In this document: piece by piece, positions 1 through 9,964 of the stretch
Position numbering within the stretch: the stretch's first letter is position 1
How the letters are laid out: each line of letters opens with the position of its first letter
Assembly (NCBI GenBank): GCA_963769935.1
Contig: CAVYNY010000005.1
Span: 1 to 55,164, forward strand
Reading direction: 5' to 3'
DNA from: an uncultured delta proteobacterium
GTDB lineage: Bacteria; Desulfobacterota; Desulfobacteria; Desulfobacterales; JAFDCJ01
DNA length: 55,164 nucleotides
The notes under the pieces: generated by a model
What the model was told of the DNA's origin: nothing
Seen by the model: only the letters and a program-made list of their open reading frames with translations
Databases searched by the model: none
Translations under genes and position numbers: made by a program

Positions 1-26
1 GGGGTAGAACAACTTCCAAAAGAACT

Positions 27-1316
27 CTAAGCTGCGACAGTGTAATAGACGGTGCTTTTTTTTCCCATCCTGATTTTCAGGTGCCAGAGGAAAAAGTGTG
101 CCATCATACACGTAAGTATGTGGTGGTGCCAGCCCATATATTTGCGTACTTCATATTGGTCCATGCCGAGTTCGGTCTTTGTTTCTTCAAAACATTGTTC
201 AATTGCCCAGCGAAGACCACTGAGCCATACAAGAGTTTTGAGCCTGACGCTGGCTGATGCGTTGCTAACGAAGTAGCTATACTCAGGTTTGTCCGCAATT
301 GTTCGGCGCACCAAAAGCCATACGGTTTTCTTCGGCAGCCCTTCGGACGACAAAATTACCTTGCGTCGTGTAAATTCGTAAACGATGGGCCCCTTGGTTC
401 CCTCTGAAACGGTGCGCCGATACCAGAAATAATCGTTCAAGTTGCGCGCCAGAAATTCGACGCTGATAGGTTTACTCTCATCATCAGCCACCACCGTTTT
501 GGTTTTGGCTTGGCCGCCCCAGCGATATTTTTTAGTAACAGTCACAGGCTGTTTTGCCCAAACCTGAGTGCTTTTTTTTACCTGTACCATATAAGTGATA
601 TCGGGCAAGGCATCGGCGGCTTCGATGAATTCCGGACTCTCCCCATAAATGGCATCGGCTAAAATGTATTTGAACGGCAGCAGTTTTTCGACAACCAGGC
701 ATTGCAGCATGCCGGCAGCAAGTTCGGGCTTAGTTTTAAAGACGGCGTCTTGCGGTAGTTTGCATTTTTTTCGGCGCTCCCGATAGGGCTGCGTGAACCA
801 TATCTCGGGAATAAAGAGGCGCTTGTCGATCAGGGCATAGCCATGATCGGACACATAGGCTGCAAAAACACCAACCTGACAGTTGCCCACTTTGCCAATT
901 GTGTCACAGTATTGGCGTCCGACACCAATGGAATCGTCGCCTTTCTTGACAAAAGAAGTTTCGTCGAAGATCAAGGCGCCATCGGGGCTGCCAAGATCGT
1001 CATTTACAAGACTACGGTATTTAGCTAATATTTTATCGTTGTCCCAAGGGGCATCACTCACAAAGCGTTGCAAGGCTCTTACATTACCGTCTTCAATCGA
1101 AAGCGCGATCGGTTCAATGGATTTTCTCTCAAGGTCGCTGAACTGGCCTGCCATGTAATTGTAAAAGTGCTCTCGCGACTCGCTGCGGAAGAAGCAGTTG
1201 CTAAATATTTCGTGAAAACCTTTGAGTTCATGAGCAAAGCCTTCAACATCTTTGATTGCAAGATCAAACATTGGAATAGGAAAAAGATACTCGTTGCATC
1301 GAATGCTCGGTAACAT
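27..1316 (-). CDS. IS701-family DDE transposase
   Basis: Motifs RKSIEPIA, LQRFVSDAPWD, FDETSFVKKG, VGRQYC, NCQVGV and RWAIEQCFEETKTELGMDQYEVR. The frame-0 stop follows an A8 run. Confidence 0.92.
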   Translation of the reverse strand: MLPSIRCNEYLFPIPMFDLAIKDVEGFAHELKGFHEIFSNCFFRSESREHFYNYMAGQFSDLERKSIEPIALSIEDGNVRALQRFVSDAPWDNDKILAKYRSLVNDDLGSPDGALIFDETSFVKKGDDSIGVGRQYCDTIGKVGNCQVGVFAAYVSDHGYALIDKRLFIPEIWFTQPYRERRKKCKLPQDAVFKTKPELAAGMLQCLVVEKLLPFKYILADAIYGESPEFIEAADALPDITYMVQVKKSTQVWAKQPVTVTKKYRWGGQAKTKTVVADDESKPISVEFLARNLNDYFWYRRTVSEGTKGPIVYEFTRRKVILSSEGLPKKTVWLLVRRTIADKPEYSYFVSNASASVRLKTLVWLSGLRWAIEQCFEETKTELGMDQYEVRKYMGWHHHILTCMMAHFFLWHLKIRMGKKSTVYYTVAA

Positions 1317-1634
1317 AGCCTGCCTCCTTTTTAAGGTTTTTACGAAATATGGCAGGCTTCTTATAAAAAATCAAGAAATAAATTAAGTTAAGTTACGTTA
1401 TAGGGTTAGGTATACGCAATAACCAACTTGGCATAGGAAGCGATTTCGGCTATCAATCTAATCTTCTGTAAAAACTCACTTTTCTTTCGCCAATCTCAAA
1501 AAATTAGTATACCCGCAAAAATTCGCTCCATTTTATATCAATCTGGCCTAAAAGTAGCGTAGCTACCGTTTAGTGCCATCCAATTTTAGTTACTCGATAT
1601 TAAAAGAAGACCGGTCATTTTTTCCCAAAGTGCG

Positions 1635-2921
1635 TTGGTTGGCGTTGCCTACGTTCAGGCCATTAGTGAGGGCACAAAGCACATGTTGAAAGAGATGACC
1701 GGCCTCGGCTTGCCTGCGCCGTGGTATCGTCTCGCAGAGAACGAAACAATCATCAAGCTCGAAAGTAAGGCCAAAGAACGTGAGGCGGCAATTCTGGCTG
1801 CGAGTCAGGTCAAATCCACGGAGTTTGGCAATCTTTTCCTTCTGAGGATTCGTCGGGGGGAGAAGCCGGTCAAAAACCTGCTGGATCGGCGCGAGGGCGA
1901 GATCGCCCAAGGCAAGCTGCCCGGCATCCAGTTCGAAAAGGTCACCTTTGATGAGCTTATCGATGAATTTTTGCGGGACTACAGGATCAACCAGAAAAAA
2001 TCGCTTGCGAGAGCAGAAAGGAGTGTCAATCATTTAAGTGCTTTTTTTGAGGGATATCGTGCGGCAGGGATCACAACCCCAGCCATCAATCAATATATTG
2101 AATTAAGAATCGATGAAGGGGCGGCCAATGCAACGATCAACCGTGAACTTTCTGCATTAAAGCGGATGCTTAATCTTGGGGCTAAACAAACTCCACCCAA
2201 GGTCGATAAGGTCCCTTACATTCCTATGCTAATGGAAAACAATGTCAGGAAAGGCTCTTTTGAACACAGTCAGTATTTAGCTTTGAAAGATGCCCTTCCC
2301 TCTTACCTCAAACCATTTGTTACATTTGCCTATAAAGTTGGTTGGAGGGATACTGAAATTGCCGGATTAACGTGGAAACAAGTGGATCTCGACCAAGGCA
2401 TCGTTAGACTCGAAGTCGGTGACACAAAAAATAATGAAGGTAGAACGATATACCTTGATCAAGAACTGACAATCTTGTTTAACAGGCAATGGGAAAAGAG
2501 AAAACGCAGCGGAAAAATAATCCCCTATGTTTTCCCCAATAAATTCGGTGCTGGACCGATAAACGACTTTAGGTATTCCTGGAACAACGCATGCAGAAAA
2601 GCCGGACTCGGGTATGGTTATAAGTTCAGCAAAAAGTATGTTGAGAAGTGGAAGGATAAGCTGCCTGCAGGACCAATTCTCCACGATTTTAGACGAATTG
2701 CTGTTCGAAACATGGTTCGAGCTGGTATCCCTGAAAGAGTTGCCATGATGATATCAGGACATAAGACTCGATCTGTATTTGATCGCTATAATATAGTAAG
2801 TGATTCAGATCTTAGGTTGGCTGCAAAGCTGCATGAATCCTACCTTCAGGACGCCACGGGCACAATTTCGGGCACAATCCGGAATTTGGAAACAAAAAAA
2901 GGAGGTACCAAAAATGGATAA
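1635..2921 (+). CDS. Tyrosine recombinase/phage-type integrase with a probably chimeric N-terminus
   Basis: Catalytic set GWRDTEI (R), TKN (K), LHDFRR (HxxR), SGHKT (H), FDRY (Y). Integrase-like sequence begins near KNLLDRREGEIAQGKLPG (~1870). Confidence 0.88.
   Translation: MVGVAYVQAISEGTKHMLKEMTGLGLPAPWYRLAENETIIKLESKAKEREAAILAASQVKSTEFGNLFLLRIRRGEKPVKNLLDRREGEIAQGKLPGIQFEKVTFDELIDEFLRDYRINQKKSLARAERSVNHLSAFFEGYRAAGITTPAINQYIELRIDEGAANATINRELSALKRMLNLGAKQTPPKVDKVPYIPMLMENNVRKGSFEHSQYLALKDALPSYLKPFVTFAYKVGWRDTEIAGLTWKQVDLDQGIVRLEVGDTKNNEGRTIYLDQELTILFNRQWEKRKRSGKIIPYVFPNKFGAGPINDFRYSWNNACRKAGLGYGYKFSKKYVEKWKDKLPAGPILHDFRRIAVRNMVRAGIPERVAMMISGHKTRSVFDRYNIVSDSDLRLAAKLHESYLQDATGTISGTIRNLETKKGGTKNG
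2857..2878 (+). repeat. Tandem direct repeat CGGGCACAAT x2 (12-bp period), candidate integrase arm-type sites
   Basis: cgggcacaat at 2857-2866 and 2869-2878, ~60 bp from the tRNA 3' end. Confidence 0.5.
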
Positions 2922-2935
2922 CTCCTTGATTTTGT

Positions 2936-3023
2936 TGGTGCCCGGGGCCGGAATTGAACCGGCACGAAGCCAAGCTTCGAGGGATTTTAAGTCCCTTGCG
3001 TCTACCTATTCCGCCACCCGGGC
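2936..3023 (-). tRNA. tRNA-Leu, anticodon TAA, CCA encoded
   Basis: Reverse complement is GCCCGGGTGGCGGAATAGGTAGACGCAAGGGACTTAAAATCCCT...GCCGGTTCAATTCCGGCCCCGGGCACCA, with a long variable arm. Confidence 0.97.
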
Positions 3024-3256
3024 AATTTGATTGTTGGATACCTGAATTCAAAGAGTTTTTCAAGGAAAAAAGCGAGAGGGTTCAGAGGTTTAAAGGTTCC
3101 CGTAAAATGCACTAAGTTGTCTACAATTATGTTTTCGCCGTGCTCGATTTTTTTTTGTAAACAACTATTCTGTCACAAAATTAATTTAGAGGGGTCTGGC
3201 CCTTTCCGCAACCCCCGAACTCTGAACCCTGAACCTTTGAACCCTATCCCTGAACC

Positions 3257-4450
3257 TTAAGACTTCTGGCTCGGAAATTGGAAATTCTTATCGTTAAAAA
3301 GGGTCAAACAGGCATCGACGGCCAGGGGATCGTAGAGCACACCTCTGTTCTTGGCGATTTCTTCAAGCGCCTTGTCTGTCCCGATGGAGGGTCGATAGGG
3401 GCGATGGGAAGCCATGGTCTCGACCACATCTGCCACGCCTATAATGCGGGCTTCGAAAAGGATCTTTTCGCCTGCCAGCCCCTGAGGATAACCGGAGCCG
3501 TTCATTCTTTCATGGTGTTGCAGTACGATGTCTGCAATCGGCCAGGGAAATTCAATACCCTTTAAAATGTCGTAACCGGCCTGGGCGTGGGCCTGAATCA
3601 GACTGATTTCGATATCGGACAGTTGGATCGGTTTGACGAGTATTTCAGCCGGCAAAGATATTTTGCCGATATCATGAATAGCCGCCGCCATATAAATGCT
3701 TTCGATTTGGTCGGCCGGGAGCTTTAATTCCTGCGCGATCGCTTTTGTCAGATCAGCCACGCGTTGCTGGTGACCGGAGGTATAGGGATCTCGCTTTTCA
3801 ACCGTCATACTGATTGCCTGGATGGTTGAATGCATGGCCTTTTTAATTGTCTCGAAACTTCGCTCCAATTCCAGTTGCACGCGCCTGCGGCTTTCAACTT
3901 CAATTTTCAGCAGCTGGTTGGATTTCACCAGTTTGGCGGTGCGTTCTTCAACCAGGTTTTCCAGATCGGCTTGCAAGGTCAGCAGCTGCTTTTCCGCCTG
4001 CCATTTGATGCTGAGCGCTATGGCAAACTGTATGATTTCTCTGGGATGAAACGGTTTTTGCAGATAGAGCAGATTGTCCGAGAATCTGGACTGCCGATCC
4101 GGGCTTGCGGTATTGGTACTGCGATAGCCGGTCACAACCACAGTATTAATGTGTGGATCCAGGTTGTGAATCTCTTCAGCGGTCCATTCACCGTCCGGTC
4201 CCGGCGGCATATTCAAATCGAGAAAGGCGACGGCATAGGGCGTATTTTCTTCAAACGAACGCTTGACTGCGTCAACCGCTTCATCGCCCTGGGAGCAGCA
4301 AGTCAGTTCAAAGTTCGGAATTGCCGGCGACGGATGAAGGGGTCTCAGAATTCCCTCGTACAATTCCCTTACGGTTGAATCATCATCCACCGCCAGGATA
4401 CGAAATGACTTATTGTTAAGTTTGTCCATTTTCCGCGGATATTTAACCAA
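3257..4450 (-). CDS. Response regulator receiver + HD-GYP c-di-GMP phosphodiesterase (start possibly ATG 4429)
   Basis: REC domain (ILAVDDD, FLDLNMP); RDPYTSGHQQRV, IHDIGK, HHERMNGSGYPQGL. Confidence 0.93.
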   Translation of the reverse strand: MVKYPRKMDKLNNKSFRILAVDDDSTVRELYEGILRPLHPSPAIPNFELTCCSQGDEAVDAVKRSFEENTPYAVAFLDLNMPPGPDGEWTAEEIHNLDPHINTVVVTGYRSTNTASPDRQSRFSDNLLYLQKPFHPREIIQFAIALSIKWQAEKQLLTLQADLENLVEERTAKLVKSNQLLKIEVESRRRVQLELERSFETIKKAMHSTIQAISMTVEKRDPYTSGHQQRVADLTKAIAQELKLPADQIESIYMAAAIHDIGKISLPAEILVKPIQLSDIEISLIQAHAQAGYDILKGIEFPWPIADIVLQHHERMNGSGYPQGLAGEKILFEARIIGVADVVETMASHRPYRPSIGTDKALEEIAKNRGVLYDPLAVDACLTLFNDKNFQFPSQKS

Positions 4451-4644
4451 CTGCCGGTTTGCACGGTCCGGAGGAAGGGTGGCGTTCCTGATTTGAGATT
4501 TAAATTTATCTGTGTATCATACAGTGATTGTCAACTAGTTGCAACCCTTAAAATATACGTAATTTTTAATAAATTATAAGTCTTATCCTGATCAACGGCG
4601 GGGTAATTCTTGTCAAACTCTATTTCATTTGATATTAAGCTTTC

Positions 4645-5250
4645 ATGGAAAAAACCGTTAAGCGCCCCAGGTTGATTCTGGCCTCAAGATCACCCCGCCG
4701 GCGATATCTTCTGCATCAGGCTGGTCTAGAATTTTCCGTCGTCCCCAGCGAATTTGATGAGAGTTCGGTGACACTGACATCACCTGAAACCTATGTCAAA
4801 AGCCTGGCCGAATTCAAAGCGCAGGACATCTCGCAGAAATATCCCGACAGCTGGATTATTGGTGCCGATACGATTGTGGTGATCGACAACTCCATCCTGG
4901 GGAAACCCGCTTCCGGCGGCGAAGCCCGCCTGATGCTCAGAAGTCTGAGTGATAAAACCCACCAGGTCTTAACCGGTTACTGTATCTGCCATAAAAATAG
5001 TGCATATTTTTTTTCCGAAACAGTTGTGACGGATGTACATTTTAAAAAACTGACGCACGCAGAGATTGACTGGTACATCCAGTCGGGCGAACCCTTTGAC
5101 AAGGCCGGAGCCTATGCCATTCAGGGACTCGGCACGTTTCTGGTCAAGCGCATTAAGGGTTCGTATACCAATGTGGTTGGACTTCCGGTGTGTGAGGTAT
5201 TCGAATTTCTGATTAAGCACGGGGTGGTGGAGTTGACAGGAGGGCAATGA
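4645..5250 (+). CDS. maf: Maf family nucleoside triphosphate pyrophosphatase
   Basis: LILASRSPRR, IGADTIV, GKP, DKAGAYAIQG, NVVGLP. Confidence 0.95.
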   Translation: MEKTVKRPRLILASRSPRRRYLLHQAGLEFSVVPSEFDESSVTLTSPETYVKSLAEFKAQDISQKYPDSWIIGADTIVVIDNSILGKPASGGEARLMLRSLSDKTHQVLTGYCICHKNSAYFFSETVVTDVHFKKLTHAEIDWYIQSGEPFDKAGAYAIQGLGTFLVKRIKGSYTNVVGLPVCEVFEFLIKHGVVELTGGQ

Positions 5251-5251
5251 T

Positions 5252-5935
5252 TTGAAAGACCAACTGGAACGGGTAAAAGAACGGATAAGAATTTCAGCCG
5301 AAGCCTGCCGGAGACCGCTGGAAGCTATTCGTTTGATAGCCGTCAGCAAAACCATGCCGACGGAGATCGTGCGGGAAGCGATCGAAGCCGGCGTAACCGA
5401 CCTGGGTGAAAATTACATCCAGGAAGCCAGTGAAAAAATTCACAGTCTGGATAGATATCCGGTTAACTGGCATTTTATCGGGCATCTGCAGTCGAACAAG
5501 GCCAGATATGCAGTCCGAATGTTTGATCTGATACATTCGGTTGATTCCCTGAAACTGGCACAAGAACTGGACAAATATGCTAAAAAAATTGATAAGATTC
5601 AGCCGGTACTGATTCAAATCAATGTTGCCAGAGAGGATTCAAAGTCCGGTATCTATGTCGAAAATGCGCTAAAACTGTTGACAGACATCAGCCGGTTTGA
5701 AAATGTTGCCGTCAAGGGCCTGATGACCATGCCGCCCTTTTTTAACGCGCCGGAAAAAGTTCGACCGTATTTTGCCGCGCTGCGCAAACTGCGGGACCGC
5801 ATCAAAGCTGAAGATATACCCAATATTACAATGGATGAATTGTCCATGGGTATGACCGGGGATTTTGAAGCCGCTATTGCCGAAGGTGCTACCATGGTGC
5901 GAATCGGTACGGCCATATTTGGAGAAAGACATTGA
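5252..5935 (+). CDS. yggS: PLP homeostasis protein (YggS family)
   Basis: LIAVSKT, GENYIQE, WHFIGHLQSNK, LSMGMTGD, MVRIGTAIFG. Confidence 0.96.
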   Translation: MKDQLERVKERIRISAEACRRPLEAIRLIAVSKTMPTEIVREAIEAGVTDLGENYIQEASEKIHSLDRYPVNWHFIGHLQSNKARYAVRMFDLIHSVDSLKLAQELDKYAKKIDKIQPVLIQINVAREDSKSGIYVENALKLLTDISRFENVAVKGLMTMPPFFNAPEKVRPYFAALRKLRDRIKAEDIPNITMDELSMGMTGDFEAAIAEGATMVRIGTAIFGERH

Positions 5936-6498
5936 AAATATTATTGCACATATGCTGTGCACCCTGCTCCATCTACCCCGTTAGAACCCTAAGAGCCGGG
6001 AGTCTGGAAGTCATGGGGTTTTTTTACCGACACAACATCCATCCCTACTCCGAATGTCTCAGACGCCAGGAGACCCTGCAATCCTATGCCCGGCAGATCG
6101 AATTGCGGGTGATCTACCAGGATGGTTACGACCTGGAAGGATTTATCCAGAACATCGTTTACCGGGAAAAGGATCGCTGCCATTACTGTTATCACGACCG
6201 GCTGCGAACCACCGCCCTGATGGCCAGACGCGGCAAATTCGATTATTTCACATCTACCCTGCTTTACAGTAAATTTCAGAAGCACGCCCTGATAAAATCG
6301 ATTGGTGAGGCGGTCGGCAGGTCGGTCGGCGTGCCGTTTCTGTATGAGGATTTTCGTGAGGGATGGAAAGAAGGCGTTGCAGCATCAAAGGAGCTTGAAT
6401 TGTACCGCCAACCCTATTGCGGCTGCATCTACAGTGAAAAGGAACGCTTTTATCGTCCGGGGAAAAAGTTGCAGGAAAGGGACGGCACAATGGGATGA
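5932..6498 (+). CDS. queH: Epoxyqueuosine reductase QueH (DUF208)
   Basis: LLHICCAPCS, NIHP, RCHYCY, YRQPYCGCIYSE. Confidence 0.9.
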   Translation: MKILLHICCAPCSIYPVRTLRAGSLEVMGFFYRHNIHPYSECLRRQETLQSYARQIELRVIYQDGYDLEGFIQNIVYREKDRCHYCYHDRLRTTALMARRGKFDYFTSTLLYSKFQKHALIKSIGEAVGRSVGVPFLYEDFREGWKEGVAASKELELYRQPYCGCIYSEKERFYRPGKKLQERDGTMG

Positions 6499-6684
6499 TG
6501 GAATATTGGGTGATTTCACCGGAAGTTGTCTCGAATTTCATTGAAATAGAAGAGAGTAAATCTTTTTCTTGAGCGACTATTTCAGAATTCCAATATTCCA
6601 ACGTCCCAGAGTGCTGATGCTTCATACAGTTGACATATTGACATTAAATTAACTTACCTCAGGGGAGTATCCAAGCGGGATTCA

Positions 6685-8511
6685 ATGTTCGGAAATTTTA
6701 TTTATTTCATTCTGGTTCTTCTCATTTATCTTACCTACCCACCCTCCACCGAGACCAACTTTTCGGCGTGGGCGTCGTTTTCGCTGTTTCTTGGGTTGAC
6801 TGTACTGTTTTCATTTTTTTCACGGTTTCAATTTCTGAGAATCGAAAGACGGATTGCCAAGGGCAACTATTTACAGATTGATCATCAGTTCAACAATACC
6901 CTGCTCCACCAATCCGTGTTGGCGGTCTTTCTGTTTGCGATCGATATTTACGGATTGAATCTGTCATCGTTTCTATCAGGCTTGGCTGTCTTCAGAACCA
7001 TTCCAACCCTTCTGGCCTTGCTGTTTCTTCTGCTGTTCATATTATATCTGACAATTGTGTGGGCCTCCGCTTATGGCTCCTACCAACTGCTTTACAGAAC
7101 CGGCATTTCCAGGCGCACGTATATTTTTTCCAATATATCTTTTTCGATTCCGGTTTTGTTGCCATGGCTGTTTCTTTCCGGCATTGCAGATATCATCAAC
7201 GCGCTGCCGTTTGCAGCCCCGAAGCAAATTCTGGGCACCACCGAAGGCGAAGTTACCTTCTTTCTCATATTTCTCGTCGGCGTAGCCATTATCGGACCGC
7301 TTTTGATCCAGAAATTCTGGCGCTGTATACCTTTAGAAGACGGTTACCATCGCAGCCGCATTGCAGGCTTGTGCCGGCGGGCCGGGATGGCCTATGCCGA
7401 CATCCTCTACTGGCCTATATTCGGCGGGAAAATGATTACGGCCGGTGTCATGGGCCTTATCAAGAAATTCCGTTATATTCTGGTTACCCCTTCTTTGCTG
7501 CATCTGTTGGAGCCGGAAGAGATCGATGCCGTTATTGCCCACGAAATCGGACATATCAAGAAGAAGCATCTTTACTTTTATCTGGCTTTTTTTGTCGGCT
7601 ATATGATTTTGTCCTATGTCAGCCTGAAATGGATTATCTTTGCCATCATTTATGCCAGGCCCGTATACTGGCTCATCGACCAGGGCGGCTTCAACCAAGC
7701 CAACGTTGTTTCAACCATTTCCAGTATCGTCATCATTTGCCTGTTCTTAGTTTATTTCAGATTCATTTTTGGTTTCTTTATGCGCAATTTCGAACGCCAG
7801 GCCGATACATACGTGTATGCCTTGTTTGACAGCGCCAAACCGCTGATTTCCACGCTGGAGAAGATCGCCTCCTCCAGTGGACTGTCGGCCGACAGGCCCA
7901 ACTGGCATCATTTCAGCATCAGCCAGCGCATCGATTACCTGCAGAAGTGTGAATCAAATTCGGCCTGGATTGCGCGCCAGGATCACAAAGTAAAAAAGAG
8001 CATCGGGATTTTCCTGGTGTCTCTACTGCTGTTGGGGATTTTAGGGTATCAAATCAACCTCGGTGACCTGGGAAACCAAATCAGCACCCATCTTATCGAA
8101 AAAGTCCTCCTGAGAGAAATCGAAGCAACTCCCGACAATCCAAATTTATACACCGAGCTGGGCAATATTTACTACAACGCCGAAAATTGGTCCGGCAGCC
8201 GGGACGCCTGGGAAAAATCGCTGGCACTGAAACCTGATAATGCGCCTGTTCTCAACAATCTGGCCTGGCTCTACGCCACCTGCAAAGATGAACGATTTCG
8301 AGATCCCGGCCGGGCCTTGACCCTGGCCCAGCTGGCCATCAGCCTGGATGCGGCGCCGCATGTCTGGGATACGCTGGCCGAAAGCTATTATATCAACGGT
8401 ATGTACCGCGAGGCTGTCGAGGCCGGCCGAAAAGCCCTGGCGCGGTCCGGGAGCAAACGGCCCTATTACGAGGAGCAGCTCAAAAAATTTGAAGCTGCGG
8501 CAAATAGATGA
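6685..8511 (+). CDS. Membrane M48 (HtpX/Ste24-like) metalloprotease with C-terminal TPR repeats
   Basis: Multiple TM helices, AHEIGH (HExxH), FERQAD, and TPR-like LNNLAWLYAT/DTLAESYY. Confidence 0.9.
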   Translation: MFGNFIYFILVLLIYLTYPPSTETNFSAWASFSLFLGLTVLFSFFSRFQFLRIERRIAKGNYLQIDHQFNNTLLHQSVLAVFLFAIDIYGLNLSSFLSGLAVFRTIPTLLALLFLLLFILYLTIVWASAYGSYQLLYRTGISRRTYIFSNISFSIPVLLPWLFLSGIADIINALPFAAPKQILGTTEGEVTFFLIFLVGVAIIGPLLIQKFWRCIPLEDGYHRSRIAGLCRRAGMAYADILYWPIFGGKMITAGVMGLIKKFRYILVTPSLLHLLEPEEIDAVIAHEIGHIKKKHLYFYLAFFVGYMILSYVSLKWIIFAIIYARPVYWLIDQGGFNQANVVSTISSIVIICLFLVYFRFIFGFFMRNFERQADTYVYALFDSAKPLISTLEKIASSSGLSADRPNWHHFSISQRIDYLQKCESNSAWIARQDHKVKKSIGIFLVSLLLLGILGYQINLGDLGNQISTHLIEKVLLREIEATPDNPNLYTELGNIYYNAENWSGSRDAWEKSLALKPDNAPVLNNLAWLYATCKDERFRDPGRALTLAQLAISLDAAPHVWDTLAESYYINGMYREAVEAGRKALARSGSKRPYYEEQLKKFEAAANR

Positions 8512-8676
8512 GACGCGTCATGTGCGAATGAATAATGTCAAACAAAGAGCAGACTGAACATCGAACGTCCAAAAATTTATGACTGTTTCCGTTGCTTCAT
8601 TTTTTATTGTGCAAAATTCGATGTTGGACGTTCGATGTTCGATGTTCATTTTTTCAATTCCTACCAGCCTAAGACC

Positions 8677-8931
8677 TTAGTCCTTATCATCCTTTCCGGC
8701 GTCAATGTCTTTTAGCTTGCGATAATTTTCATAGATCTTCCGACCCCCTCCCAGAATCAATAAAAATCCCAACAGATAAAAGCAGATATAGATAAACCAG
8801 ATCGCGGAGGAAAAGTATTCAATGGTTTTTATTTTGGGCATGACCTGCGGTATTCGGAAAAAAACCCCGATGCCTGCCAGAACAAGCAGGCCGCCCCAGA
8901 CCAGCTGAAAATGAATCCTGTTTTTATCCAA
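8677..8931 (-). CDS. Small two-TM hypothetical protein
   Basis: Two hydrophobic helices; AAGGA upstream of a TTG start. Confidence 0.7.
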   Translation of the reverse strand: MDKNRIHFQLVWGGLLVLAGIGVFFRIPQVMPKIKTIEYFSSAIWFIYICFYLLGFLLILGGGRKIYENYRKLKDIDAGKDDKD

Positions 8932-8973
8932 TAGATAGAATTCCTTAAATATTCAATATTCAATCGAAAATAT

Positions 8974-9765
8974 TCATTCCGAAAGGCCTCCCTTAAATTC
9001 GGGTTTGCGCTTTTTGAGAAAGGCGCTGGTGCCTTCTTTGGCATCCGGGCTCGCGTAACAGAGCGAAAATGCGTCAATCTCAATATTGCAGCCGCTTGCA
9101 AGGTCTACATTCATCCCGTTGTTAATCGCCTGCTTGGCTGCCCGCAGCGAAGCTTTCCCTTTAGAGGCAATCGCGCCGGCGGTTTTTATAACCTCTTCCA
9201 TGAGCTTATCCTGGGGTAATACCTGGTTGACCAGACCCAGTTGGAGAGCTTCTGCGCCCGATATCATTTTGCCGGTAAAGATCAGTTCTTTGGCCATATT
9301 GGTGCCGATTAATCGCGGCAATCTCTGGGTGCCGCCGAAGCCCGGGATGACCCCGAGATTTATTTCCGGCTGGCCGAATTTGGCATTTTCCGAAGCATAG
9401 ATAAAATCGCAGGCAATCGCTATTTCGGTGCCGCCCCCCAGCGCAAATCCATTTACCGCAGCGATCACCGCTATCGGTAACTGCTGCAATTTGTTGATTA
9501 TATCGTGTCCTCTTTTGGCAAAAGCTTTGGCCTTTAGGGAGTCAAATGTGGCAAGTTCGGAAATGTCGGCGCCGGCCACAAAGGATTTGTCACCGGCGCC
9601 GGTAAGGACGAGAACCCGGATGTTTTCGTTGGTCGCGATGTCGTCCAGGGCCTGGGAAAATTCCGCCAGCAGGGCGCTGTTGAGGGCGTTTAGAGACTTG
9701 GGCCGGTTAAAGGTAATGAAAGCAATTCCATCTTTGACTTCATACACGATGTTTTCGTATGTCAT
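8974..9765 (-). CDS. Enoyl-CoA hydratase/crotonase (start corrected to ATG 9765)
   Basis: NRPKSLNAL, FVAGADI, ALGGGTE, GQPEINLG, PGFGGTQRL; GGAGG RBS upstream of 9765. Confidence 0.94.
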   Translation of the reverse strand: MTYENIVYEVKDGIAFITFNRPKSLNALNSALLAEFSQALDDIATNENIRVLVLTGAGDKSFVAGADISELATFDSLKAKAFAKRGHDIINKLQQLPIAVIAAVNGFALGGGTEIAIACDFIYASENAKFGQPEINLGVIPGFGGTQRLPRLIGTNMAKELIFTGKMISGAEALQLGLVNQVLPQDKLMEEVIKTAGAIASKGKASLRAAKQAINNGMNVDLASGCNIEIDAFSLCYASPDAKEGTSAFLKKRKPEFKGGLSE

Positions 9766-9964
9766 TTTAACCTCCGTCGCAGTTGGTAAATAAAGTGATT
9801 GTTGTTTGATAAAGTATCGCAGCGAATTTGTCAAATTGAAAGCGGGCGGCAGTTTGTTGCGTGTTGTATGTTGTGAGTCGCATTTTTTTCCGCTGCTGGC
9901 AAACATACAATTTGCAGCAGGCAACCTACAACTTACAACCTACAACAGGCAACTTACATTTTTT

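Larger units (their letters stand above)
1..2935. mobile_element. Right end of a decayed integrative element/genomic island inserted at the 3' end of tRNA-Leu (left end outside window)
   Basis: The tyrosine integrase ends 14 nt from the tRNA CCA end, with an IS701 copy upstream. No second att copy is visible in the window. Confidence 0.6.
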
